From Azolla caroliniana (Eukaryota > Plantae > Polypodiophyta): DNA of 64,000 nt. Position 1 is the first letter of the stretch; every line of letters starts with the position of its first letter. Positions 12,625 to 24,837 of the stretch are shown here, piece after piece. The notes under the pieces are model-generated. The model saw only the letters and a list, made by a program, of their open reading frames with translations. It had not been told where the DNA came from and did no database searches. Location of the stretch: the NCBI GenBank assembly GCA_043228905.1, contig JBHGNT010000009.1, forward strand, positions 13,826,001-13,890,000, given 5' to 3'. The position numbers were made by a program, and so were the translations under genes.

Positions 12625-14074
12625 TGTTGTCGTGTGAATCTTCACACACTATGTAAAAAAATAATGAAATAATTATTATAGATTAGATTAGTAGCTTACT
12701 ATAGAAAGATGGATATACTCAAGAGCTTCAAAATGTATTTTACTATATACAAAATGGAGAAATACATATCAAGTTATGTGAAAATAAAGTTTGAGAAGAT
12801 AGGGAAATTAGAACTATCCCACATAGATAGGAAAGTTAAGGCGCTGGCTATATAAGCACCTTAAGCTCCCTCATTTTTCATTTGTGCTAAGAGCACTTTG
12901 GCCACTTTATCTTGATGGATGATGGTGGCCAAATTCCCTAAATCCAAAAACCGGCCGGTAAACAAATCTGGAAACCGGCCGGTAAGCAAATTTGGAAAAC
13001 GGGTCCGGTAAGCAAATCTGGAAACCGGCCGGTATGCAAACCGGAAACAGGCCGGTAAGCAAAACCAGAACCGGAACCGGAAACAGGCCGGTAAGCAAAA
13101 CCAGAACCGGAACCGGAAACAGGCCGCTAAGCAAAATCGGAACCGGAACCGGCAAGCAAACCGGAATCAGAAACCGGCTGGTAAGCAAAACCAGAACCAA
13201 AACTGGCAAGCAAACCGGAACTGGAACCGATTGGCAAGCAAAATCGTAACCGGTCGGTAAGCAAAACCGGAACCGGCAAGCAAATCGGAACCGGCCGGCA
13301 AGCAAAATTAGAACCGGTCGGCAAACAAAATCAGAACCGGCCGACAAGCAAAATGGAACCGGCTACCGGACGAGGTTGGACGCAGACGGACAGAAGATTG
13401 GATCATGCAACAAACTAAAGTAAAGTGAAGAGAAATAAAGTAAAGGCCATGTGGACGCAAGCAACTAAAGTTGGAGTGCATGCAAAAAGTAAAGGTCATG
13501 TGGACGGTCACATGCAACTAAAAGAAAAAGCCATGCAACTAAAAATAGATGCAACCAAAAGAAAAAGCTAGGCAACTAAAAGTAGAGGCCATGTAACAAA
13601 AAGTGGAAAGGCTATGATCAAGGGAGAACTCTATATATATTCCATTTTTTTTTCTTACACTCAGACTCTCCATATTATCTTAATTTTTTTCCTTTTCTTT
13701 GGGAGCTCTCTTATCTTATCGAAGCCAATAACCCTAATCTTCCCTACGGAAGCTATCTCTCAAGTAAACCATAATTTCCATACGGAAGCAATCTCTCAAA
13801 ATCCAAAATTCCTTGTCAAAGCCATATCACTCAAGAATCATAATCTCTTATTTCCTCTAATATATTATTCTAGTAATCTCCGTAAGATAAAACTTTTGTA
13901 ATCCCAATCTTGGGATTGATTGTAATTTTTCTTTCTACTTGTTAATGAAATTTGTTAATCTTTCTCATTTCGGTTAATTCTTAGTACATAAATACACGAA
14001 TTTGATATCCTCTAGTCAAAGGCCCCGGGGTCTTGCCTCAACGTTCACGTATCCTTGTCGTATTTTCGCGACAA
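12625..14074. mobile_element. ~1.45-kb solo LTR
   Basis: Termini TGTTGTCG...CGACAA. The host copia sequence ggagtcaa|cgtaccacac resumes exactly on the far side. Non-coding, with a TATA-like ctatatatat at ~13631. Confidence 0.7.
12949..13368. repeat. AACCGG/AAGCAAA-rich minisatellite (~35-40-bp units) inside the solo LTR
   Basis: Repeated ggccggtaagcaaaaccagaaccggaaccggaaaca units. Confidence 0.9.
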
Positions 14075-14506
14075 CGTACCACACTTCCTCTAATTTGTCA
14101 ATCAAGACCCAAGAGACAAGGATTGACTAGGAAGTCATAGTACTGGTAACGGTGCAGACAGAAACGGAACAATTGGTAGCGAGTAAGCCAGGGATGGCCA
14201 AGAAGGTGTCGGTAGGGATACCCCGACATACCAGACACTACCTACAATTTTGCAGCAATTTTGCAATTCGGCAGCAGCCATGAAATGGTGGAATCTCTTG
14301 GGTACAAGAACACGTTGGTAGCTTCCTGTATGGTAGTAGAACTTGCGGACAGGGATATGATCAAGCAAGCCAACACATTTGTGGCGTTGCGGATTTCATC
14401 CTGGACTTCCCACTCGGATGCCTTTGCTTGGTTATGGGTGGTCACCTATTGCACTTCTGTGGTGATCTTATTGACCGCTACTCCCTTTCGTTTGACCATT
14501 CGCTAA

Positions 14507-14810
14507 CATTGGGAATTCGGTCCCTCCGGATGAGAACCGGAGGAGCCGGATCGGACGAGTCGGATGAAGAAGCCAGATTTGGAAGGGTTCCAAATAAGAT
14601 CTAGAAACTGGAACTAGTGATTCCGGATGGATCCAATGCGAACCAGATCCAAGGACATATTTGTAAATATGTTAGGATAAGCCCACTGAGGCTATATTTG
14701 TAAATAGCCCAAAAGTCATATAAGTATAAATATGACTTAGGGCAACTATATAGAAATAGTGTTGTTGAGACTATTATTGTACAAAAGGAGAGAAAGAAAG
14801 AAAGAAAGAA

Positions 14811-14905
<95 letters not shown>

Positions 14906-16782
14906 CAGAACTAGTTTTCTGTTGTAACCGCCGGCTCGCGAAGACATAGAGCTCGAGGTCGTTGCCTCTGAGTCTCACATTGTATTCCTCCCCTCATAGT
15001 GATAGTTGGAGTCTGTGGGCTCCCGTGGTTTTTCCCATTTACCACGTTAACATCCTGTGTCATCTCTGTTTTAGTTTCTTCTCTTTTAATCTTTGTTGAA
15101 GACTCGGTTGTGGCCGAGCGTTATTTTTGCACAATCTGGTATGAGAGCAAACAAAGGAAATGGAAGAATAATACGGTGGCATGTTCAAGCTCATTGGCTC
15201 CAACTACCCAGTGTGGAAGTCGAAGATGAGGGACATGCTCGTGGTCACTCGTACAGTTCAGGTACAAGAAACCGGACAAGATCGATGCCATGACATGGGA
15301 GGTGATGCACATGAAGACAACGGCGTACATCCGGTGCTTCATCGACATGAGCCTCCATAACCAGGGAAGAGGCCGGTATCGGAGTCCCCAAAAACGGAAC
15401 AAATCGGGGACGAGATCGAAGTCAAGGGGGAGGCCTACTTGCTTCTACTGTGGGAAGCTAGGGCACTTCCACAAGAACTGTCGGCATTTCTGGAAAGAGA
15501 AATGAACCGATAGTGCCGATTCGAAGAACGGTTCGGACCAGAAAGGCTCGGATCGGAAGGGAACATCAGTGATCGCAACAAGTGAAGAAGAACTGATGCT
15601 TATTACCGAGGAGAATGAGTTAAACCTTGTTGGCGATGAGACAACATGGGTTGTCCATTCTAGAGCATCGTTCCATCTGACACCGGATCAGATATTCTTG
15701 TCATCGGACCAGACAACGTGGGTTGTGTCCGGATGGGGAATGAAGGTACATACCGAATGTCGGCATAGGAGATGTGTTGTTGAATACATCAACCGGATGC
15801 AAATTGTTGTTGAAAGATGTCCAACACATTCTGGAGGTTTGTTTGAACCTGATATTAGCCAGTCGGCTAGATGATGAAGGCTACACGGGTAGCATTCAGA
15901 ACATAGTCATGAAATCCAACAAAGGAAGCCTGATTGTGGTTCGAGCCCGGAAGATCAACACGCTATATCTTATACATGCCCGGATATGCCGAGAAGAAGT
16001 GAACGTAGCATCCGAAACTACCAGTGAGCTGTGGCACAAGAGACTGTGTCATATGAGCCAAAAGGGGATGAGAAGACTTGTCGAAGACAACCTCATTCTG
16101 GAGGTGAAAGACATGCATCTGAGAAGTGCACCGATTGCTAGGCCGGCATGCAAAACCAAACCTCCTTCCGGTCAAGACCACCGATGAGATGGAATGCACC
16201 ACTGGAACTGGTGCATACCAATGTGTGTCAAGTCGACACGAAGTCACATGCCGGATCGCAGTACTTCGTGACGTTCATAAATGACCACAACCGGAAGTTG
16301 TGGGTCTCACCATTAAAGACGAAGGATCAGGTGTTGTCTGTCTTCAAGGAACTCCACACAAGAGTGGAAAGAGAAACCGGCCGGAAGCTGAAAGTGGTTC
16401 AAGCAAATAACGGATGAGAGTACCGGGGATAGTTCGAGGAGTACTGTCAGTTGAAGGGAATCCGGCTCGAATTCACCGTGCCGAAGATGCCAGAATTGAA
16501 CAGGCTAGCCGAACCGTGATGGTGAGAGTCTGGAGCATGCTGGCACATGCAAAGCTACCCAAGACGTTTTGGGCTGAGACACTGATGATGGCGACGTATG
16601 TGATAAACAGATCACCCTCAACACCCTTGGACGGAGACACACCACAGAGATTATGAACCGGTAAAGACGTGTCTTACCGGCATCTAAAGGTGTTCGGGTG
16701 TCTCACATATGTGCATGTTGCAAAGGACAAGAGAACAAAGCTAGATCCGAAGTCCAGGCCATGCATATTCCTCGAATATAGT
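14507..16782 (+). mobile_element. Ty1/copia 5' part (LTR ~14507-15133, PBS ~15138-15149, gag-protease-integrase), degenerate relative of 30947-36338
   Basis: The LTR starts ..ttcggtccctccggatg, like the reverse complement of the 30947 element's LTR; PBS tggtatgagagc; CFYCGKLGHFHKNC, LWHKRLCHMS, KTKDQVLSVFKELH; internal deletions and stops. Confidence 0.85.
14791..14902. repeat. Compound microsatellite (GAAA)n(TA)n(GA)n inside the LTR
   Basis: Read directly from the sequence. Confidence 0.97.
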
Positions 16783-16964
16783 CATTTTCTTAAGACTTCT
16801 CGACAACAATAACTTGTAGTTTCACATTCTCGCTCATGGATGCCCCAATCACTTCACCTTCACTATGCTTCTTGTGGCTTCTCGTAAAGAAACAAAATAA
16901 CTTATTAGCAATACCTCCATGTTTATATTGATATTTAGGATCTCTAGTTTTTTCAGATAATTAC

Positions 16965-19045
16965 AAGATATAAATAGATAGATAGATTATATTATTGTCT
17001 TCGGAGATCGAATATGACCTATGAGACCAAAAATATTACATTTCACGTGATACGTGTGAAAGTGAATAGTGACTCTCGATGTTCAAGAACTTTACCAATG
17101 AATGTTACAATCGAGAGTGCACATTGTGGTTGTGAGAGAAATTCGTGCAAGGATTGGGCTCAGTCGAAGAGATGTGGAAAGCATGGTCGAATATGATCAA
17201 AGGCAGAGCATTGTATCAAAGTGTGATACTCAAACTCACGAACTTGTTTAGGGAAAAGTATGCATAGCCGACCACTCTCATCACTTGTGCCCCAACGCCC
17301 TATCTCACATCGCAATGCATGTGAGCTAAGTCGCATGGAAGCAATGGTTCGAATGGCAGATAACGGGACATGCTCTAACATGTATCGATGTGTACGGTTT
17401 TCCTGTTCCACAAAGAATATGGTTTTGTAGTTAGGTGCAACATGTGTAGTATAATGTGAGAAGCGTGAGCCTCCACATTTGTCCCCTGTCATGATACATT
17501 GACGTTGCAAAAAGGCCTCATTTATAGAGGAATCTAGTGATGCATCATGAAGTGTTTCACATCCCATCTACGAAACCATTTTTCTATATCTTGCATCCAA
17601 CCGGAACACAAAATTTTACTCTTATGCGTCTTTTGGATCTTTTTGCTTGCTTCCCATGCAATTCTAGGAAGTCGATGTGAGGGACTTTTTGGAACTGTAA
17701 GCATGTATTCAACAACCCTTTCCATGTAGATTTAGGGATGCTACCACCCCATAGCGAAGAACCGGTGTCACCAAAGTGTTGAAAAGATATTTCTTGAGGA
17801 CCCAACATTTAATATCTCCAAGATTGCATGTGTTCTCAAATGCATAGTATGCTCACTTACCCACCTCTAAGCGATGTGTAGCACATTCATTCCATCTATG
17901 ATTTGAAGGAACATCAAGGCCAAGATATTTGAAGCTTTCCACACATTCAAGTGGCTCATTGTTGTACATAATGCATGGTTTATCTTTTTTTTTGGCGCTT
18001 CACAAACATAATATTTGTTTTAGAGCTATTGACACTTAATTTAGTATGCATGCAAAAAATTTCCAATGCCTTCATAAGCTTTTGTGCATCTCCTAAAGTA
18101 TTTGCAAAAGCACTACATCTACATATAGCAAAAGCATAATCACAACATTCCCAATGGCAACTTCTTCAACACATTCTTCCTTTGCAAACTTGGTAACCAT
18201 TTCTTCCGATTCATCAATGCATAGACCAAATAATGTTGGTGAGAGTGGGCATCCTTGCTTAACACCGATAGTGCTATTTCACTATTGAAATAATCTGAAT
18301 GTCTATCTCTCATATGCCACAACATATAACCTTCTCATAAATTCGGGAAATTGCAAGCATATATTCACTTGGCACCTCAAGTTCTTCCATTCACCTCCAA
18401 AGATGCTCACGAGGTACCATATCAAAAGCTTTCTTGAAGTCTACAAAGCAACAATATAAACCTTTATCTCTAAGGTGACTTTCCTCCATTAATACTCGAA
18501 GGGTGACAAGGTGATCAATGATGCTATGGTGTTTTCGAAAGCCAGCTTGCCCATAAGCTCTCTTACCTTTTTTTTTCAGCCCATACACTTATCTTTGATT
18601 CCATTATACATCCAAATAGTTTTGCCATTAATGAGCCAACCATGATGGTTCGATAGTTGTTTACATTATCTACATCTCCACCTTTATGTAAAGGTTTGAT
18701 CCAATTTGTAGTCCAATCATATGGCATACCATGTTGCAATGCATCATTAAACATATCTCTTATCCATACATATGCTTCCTTTCCAGTCCATTTGAGCATT
18801 TCAGCCTTTATACATTGAAGATCGCTTGCCTTTCGAGAGGCCAATTTCTTAAGTTCTATGCATATATCTTCAATTGTAAAGAAAGGAGACATATGTGAAA
18901 GAGAACCATAACACATCATCTTTCCAACAAGAGATAACTCATATAAATTCTTACAATGCATAGACAATTCGTGAAAGTTAATTCACCATAATTCTCAACA
19001 CGTTTCCCCTTTAGATTTCCCCAAAATTTAGCACATGGGTAAAAG
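16965..19045 (-). mobile_element. Non-LTR retrotransposon (RTE/RTEX-like) RT plus C-terminal Zn finger, degenerate, with (CTAT)n tail
   Basis: NYRTIMVGS, QAGFRKHHS..DHL, FVDFKKAFD, GVKQGCPLSPTLF, YVD, FKYLG, then MRLSSHALRCEIGRW..C..EYHTLIQC; tail gatagatagat at ~16977-16988. Confidence 0.88.
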
Positions 19046-20008
19046 CATGTGAGTGGAAACACTATTATAGCTAATTAGCTGGTAAAATGGCTATAGCTAT
19101 TTAGCTATTTGTTTAGCTAGTTTTTTGTGGGAAAATCATAAGGATCATTTACGAAATTTTATGCTTTATTAGTTAAATATATGTCATTTAATATATGACA
19201 ATACTCAAAATTTTGAACTTTCGTTTCTAACGTAGTGGAACTTGGGGAACAGTGCCCTCATCTAAACTTGACTTTAATGTCACCAAATTCCTGTTAATCC
19301 TGAGTTTGAGTTTGAAATCCAAACAGGTGGAGTACTCTAAGCATGAACACAGACGAAGCTTCCATAGCAGCACAAAAACTCTGATATCGACAGACATTAC
19401 ACCTTCAGAGCTACAACACACCACCAGTTCGATCCTTGTCTAGGTATGTATCAATTACAAATTAAAAAATCCTTTTTTTTTCCTTTTTGATAACTGTAAC
19501 TTTGTTGCCTATTCATCTTTTATAAAAAACGATTAGGGTGAAGTTGTTGGAGTCCTAAACAAGGATGTCTCGAAGTTCAAGGTGTAGCAGCAAGTGTGTT
19601 TTTTATTCACAAAAAATTTGATTAGGGTTTATTTCATACATATTTCAGATTAGGGTTCCTGATTTCCTTAAACTGTTGATTTTTTATTAGGGTTTCTGAT
19701 TTCCTTAAGCGGTTGATTTCTTATTAGGGTTTTTTATTAGGGTTTCTGATTAAGGCTTCTAAATAGGGTTTTTGATTTTTTAAGCGCTTGATTTCTGATT
19801 ACTGTTGAAATTTTCAGATTTAGTGTTGGAATTTTCCACCAATTCACATTTCTGGTTTCAATGTGTCTACAAACTTCCCCCAAATTTGATTTAGGATTTG
19901 GGTGAATGTGGCTGATTTTTTATTTTTGATTCTTCCCTACCAATCATGGTACTAAATACACATGTCCCAGTAGATCAGAGGTAACATGTATTGATTTTTT
20001 ATTTCAGG

Positions 20009-23000
20009 TGGCTCGTTCCTCTATATCCTAGAGTGTTGAACTTTGCAAAGTTTTGCGAGACAAAAGAGGACTTTAACAACATATATAGTCTGTCACTAGA
20101 GGGTATTGACCCTGTTGTTCTAACAAATAAATTGATTAGTGATGTAGACTGGTTGTCAGTCTATAAAGTGCCCAGAGTGAAAGGCAAGGTGAAGCTCAAG
20201 CATGTACGATCAGAGCTATATGACGACTGCATGAGGCTCCACCAAAAACTACATCAAGAGATCCCGGTCAACAACGAGTTGTGCGTTGCATTCACGAGAG
20301 CTTTTGCATACGAGTATTGCAAAACCTGAAATGTACAGGGTACCTTGGGCTATTTATGGTGAGGCATCAGTAGAACGATTTCGAAAGATGGGGAGCTTGC
20401 AACAAAAAATGGCAAGTTTCTGGAGCATGGCAGTTGATGATGCAACTGTTGACTCCCAACAAACCCGAAAGTATACACCACACCGAAACACAATGAAAGC
20501 CAATGTCGATGATACAAGTGAGACATTGATTAGCTATATATTGAAAAATGTCCAAGAAGCCTGTGAGACATTAGAGGCAACAAAGTCTAATTTAGAGAGA
20601 GCAACATTGGTTGCTGCAATGGAGAGCAAAGTCACTTTGGCAGTGACAATAATCAGAAATAAGATTCAGATAGCTATTGTTTTGCTAGTATGTAACATGT
20701 TATAAATAACTTGTACATGAAAATGTGCTTAGTGAAGCATTATCTGGAACAGGTTGCTCAACATGAGCTTGAAATTGAGGGGTCGCTGGATCCCCAGCGG
20801 AAAATACAACTGCAAACAGAGATCCAAGTTCTTTCAATGAACCTGGACCTTCTAGGTGTAAATACTGTCATTGATTACAATTTGGAGAACCTCCAAGTAA
20901 GTTAATGATTCTTGTATCTTGTTGTTCTATCTTCCTCATTAAGGAATGATAAATCGGTAATTGCTCGGCTACGTTATAGGAACAATACTCCCGTCAAGAA
21001 CAGGTAGTTAGCTGCCTTAAGAAGCAGCTACATTTTGTGGAGGGGATGGTAAAGAGCAGACAAGAATTGGACCTCAACATTCTTGCTCCCTTACCAAATG
21101 AAGGAGAACCAGGCAACAATATATTGATGATTCAAGCACGTTGCATCACTTGCGCCTTACGCGTAGAGGACAAAACTGCTACTCTGTTGGTACACCTACG
21201 GCCATGCCTGCACACATACTATATCGTTTGTTTTCAATATGCATGTCGCATTACTATAGTCTGTTTGGGGGATTGCAAAACAGCTCTCCCAGATGAGTGA
21301 ACACTGACAGGTAAAATTGTTGCTTATCTCTATAGTGTAGTAGCTAATTAGCTAAGTCGTATAAAGTGTGGTAGCTATTTGGTTGTTATGGTTCAATAGT
21401 GTAGTAGCTAATTAGCCAAGATGTACTTAATTAGCTACTGTAAATCTATTGTTTGGTAGTAGCTAATTAGCTATAGTCTAGCAAGTAATTAGCTACTGCC
21501 AGCCTATAGTGTAGTAGCTAATTAGCTACTACCATACTTAAGTAGAATAACTAATTAGCTACTGCCAGCCTATAGTACAGTAGCTAATTAGCTACTGCAA
21601 TATTTAAAAAGGATAGCAAATTAGCTAAGATGTAGTTAATTAGCTAAGTGGTAACTATTTAGCTACTGCCAATCTATAGTGGAGTATCTAATTAGCTACC
21701 ACTTAGCTAATTAGCTACTACCATTGTTAAGTAGAATAACTAATTAGTTGCTGCCACCCTATATTGTAGTAGCTAATTAGCTACTGTAATAGTTAAGAAG
21801 AATAGCTAATTAGCTAAGTGGTAGCCAACTAGCTACTACCAGCCTATAGTGTCGTAGCTAATGTGGCTAATTAGCTACTATCATTCTTAAGTACAATAAC
21901 TAATTAGTTGTTGCTAGCCTATAGTGTAGTAGCTAATTAGCTACTACCATATTTAAGTAGAATAGTTAATTAGCTATGATGTAGCTAATTAGTTGTTGCT
22001 AGCCTATAGTGTAGAAGCTAATTAGCTACTACCATATTTAAGTAGAATACCTAATTAGCTAAGATGTAGCTAATTAGTTGTTGCTAGTCTATAGTGTAGT
22101 AGCAAATTACCTACTACCATATTTAAGTAGAATAGCTAATTAGCTATTGTGAACCTATAGTCTAGCAGCTAATTAGCTAAGATGTAGCTAATTAGCTAAG
22201 TAGAATCAAGAGTGATAGCTAATTAGTTATTGCCATAGTTAAGAAGAATAGGTATTTAGCTCAGATGTAGCTATTTAGCTAAGCAATATCAAGGGTGATA
22301 GCTAATTAGCTACTACCATAGTTAAGAAGAATAGCTATTTAGCCAAGATGTAGCTAATTAGCCACTACCTTACTAAAGTAGAATAGCTAATTAGCTAAGA
22401 TGTAGATAATTAGGTTCTGCCAATATATAGTGTAGCAACTAATTAGCTAAGTAGAATCAAGAGTGGTAGCTAATTGGCTACAGCAATAGTTAGGAAGAAT
22501 TGCTAATTAGTTTACTTAGCTAATTAGTAGCTAATTACCTAGGATGTAGTAGTATCGAGAAATATCAAGAGTGGTCGCTAATTACCTACCATGTAGCTAA
22601 TTAACTATCATGTTTAGTATTAAGCTAAGATCATAGAAAAACACAAGAGAAGTCGTTAATTAGCTAACATGTTGTTGTAGAATGTCGTGGATTAAGGAGG
22701 TTGCATGAGGTGTCGGGTGTTGATGAGGAGATAGTTGGCAACATGGTTGAGAGTAAGATTCCTACTATCACATCTCCTTCAGATCAGCTCCACCTTATTC
22801 TTTTGGAAGATTGTAGTGAATTAGGCAACGTTGTGAAAAGCCATGAAATATTGGAAACAGCATGACATAAATCTGAAGTTCATAACAACAGTGTTTTTGA
22901 ACACTTGATGCAACATTTCTTCGAATCCCAAAACCTTGATTCAACCCCACCAAGCCCAATTGTTGATGATGTCCCACCAGATCCCATTGTACTTGAAAAG

Positions 23001-24469
23001 CTAGCACAAGATGCGGCTGACGTGCAAGCCGTTGCTAAGGCGATGGAAAGGTTGTCGAAGGAGGACACACTAGCGCAATGGGTGAAAGAGGCAAGGCTAA
23101 ATGGGCAACTAGCTAGAAAAAGGCCGAAGAAGGGGCCACAATCGGAGACAAAACCAATTACTCGATCAAGGGGCTCTTGCATTGGAGCTAATTACTACCA
23201 ATTATTGATTAGTGGGATATGACTATTAGCTATTTTCCTAGAAAATTATGAAGATGGCCTATGGTCTATTTGGACAAGTAAAACCTCTTATTGGTTGTTG
23301 CTTGATCCACATTATGTAATGGAACTCTATGATGGATTTTAAGATAATATTATTATTTTGTTGCAGAATATTTCATGTTCATTATAATGTTGTTTAGTGA
23401 GATTGTTAGCTACTTTGTGAGTGTGAATATGTTGGTGTTTTCTTATGTGCAGTCTAAAGGGTTTGAATAAATTGCTCCTAAGGCCGATGGCAATGTGGAA
23501 ACTGTTGATGTTGTTGCGTGTTTAGAGGGCCCCATCTTGAAAGTAGATGTAGCAACTGACACAAATGATCTGGTCACGCAAGTAGATCAAGCATGTTGCA
23601 CAAATGATTTGATTTTGCAAGTAGATGCAGCATGTGATACTAGTGGGCAGATATCGACTAGAGAAGTATCTACATGCACAAAGGTAATGTTAGGACCGAT
23701 GACACAGTCGACTATACAAGAGCAAAACAATGTGAAGCCAAGCCCAATGACTGAACAAGAACAAAACAAGGTGAAGTCAGACCCAAAGACACAGTTGACC
23801 AGGGGTTTGAAGAGGAAAAGGACACCAATTGTGTCGACAGAACTTGAGTTGATTGAAATTGATCGTGTGCTACCAATACTTGGTGTAATAGAGGCTTAGT
23901 TGCAGGAATGGAAACCTAAACCATTAGAAGACGAAAGAAGAGCATTGATCTTGGAGCTTGATAAAGTCCTAATGAGTGTGCGATATATGACACCAAGGAG
24001 GGACGCGAATCAATTTCTAGAGTGGGTTGTGAAATACTTTGATTTGTTTATTTGGAGTGAAAAACCACGTTCAGTTGTGTGGAAGTGTGTAGAAAGATTC
24101 TTCCCAAAGTGGCGACAACACTTCAAGGGTTAGTGCACACGAGAAAGATGTGAACAGCAGGATATTGCAAGATTCAAAAGACTTTCTGATTTTTGGCATA
24201 CCTAGCCCGAATATAATGCCGACAATACGTTGATAGTGGATACAGAACATTTCCGTCATTACTACAACTTTCGCAGATGCTGTCTCATTGTATCTGATGA
24301 AATGCCTGATAACTACTTGGTGAAAACATTGACCTACCAACTAACTACATGGTTGTGGACACCATACCGAGCTCAGTATGCAGATCACATATGTAGAGAA
24401 GTTCCTCTGACCAGCAAGAGCTTAACTATTTATAGGCGCTTTGTAGACATTGCCAATGGTGTATTATAA
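20009..24469 (+). pseudogene. Multi-exon cargo pseudogene: unknown N-terminal domain, coiled coil, RING-like finger, FCP1/NIF (HAD)-like domain
   Basis: Splice sites ttcag|20009, 20896|gtaagt, atag|~20980, 21310|gtaaaa, gtag|22681, gtgcag|~23453. RING-like CITC..RPCLHTYYIVC..C..C. NIF-like RALILELDKVL..RRDANQFLEWVVKYFDLFIWS..T(L)IVD. Frameshifts and stops present. Confidence 0.55.
21330..22670. repeat. Degenerate array of the palindrome TAGCTAATTAGCTA filling a predicted intron
   Basis: Dozens of copies, often extended to gtagtagctaattagctactac, with short variable spacers. Confidence 0.95.
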
Positions 24470-24837
24470 ATATGTAATTTGATGATAGATTTATCAATGA
24501 AGAATTAAATCGCTTATTTTGAGTAAATCATCTTTTGTGTAATTTTAAAATAGGTCATTGATTTCTAATTTCATGCTGCTAGTTGTTCTCAGAATGACAA
24601 ACTGTTTGAACTTGTACATGGTTCACTTGAGAGTAAAAAAACCATTGTCAAAATGTATTCCAGATAGTATAATCGTCATTATGCACATTGAACAGACAAA
24701 AACCGAAAGTTGCAATAAGTAAAACTGAGAGTAAAACTGACAACCAATACACATTTAATAGACACAATTTTATTAAGCAACAAGAACAGAAAGAAGACTC
24801 CCAAATGATTTTATTAAACTTTTCTTTAAGATAGAAG

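Larger units (their letters stand above)
11630..14095 (-). mobile_element. Ty1/copia protease-integrase fragment (family of 58284-64000), interrupted by a solo LTR
   Basis: Collinear with ~61460-62560 (DLWHKWI.H, VSFIDDY, RSDxxKEYF, MLEEKS). The protease motif EVWY|VDSGASNHM is split at 12624/14075. Confidence 0.85.

Noticed and set aside
12907-13347. Repetitive ORFs on both strands
   Set aside because: Translations of the AACCGG minisatellite in an LTR.
21330-22670. Palindromic repeat-spacer pattern as a CRISPR array
   Set aside because: The spacers are short, irregular and themselves repetitive; the context is a eukaryotic intron with no cas genes.
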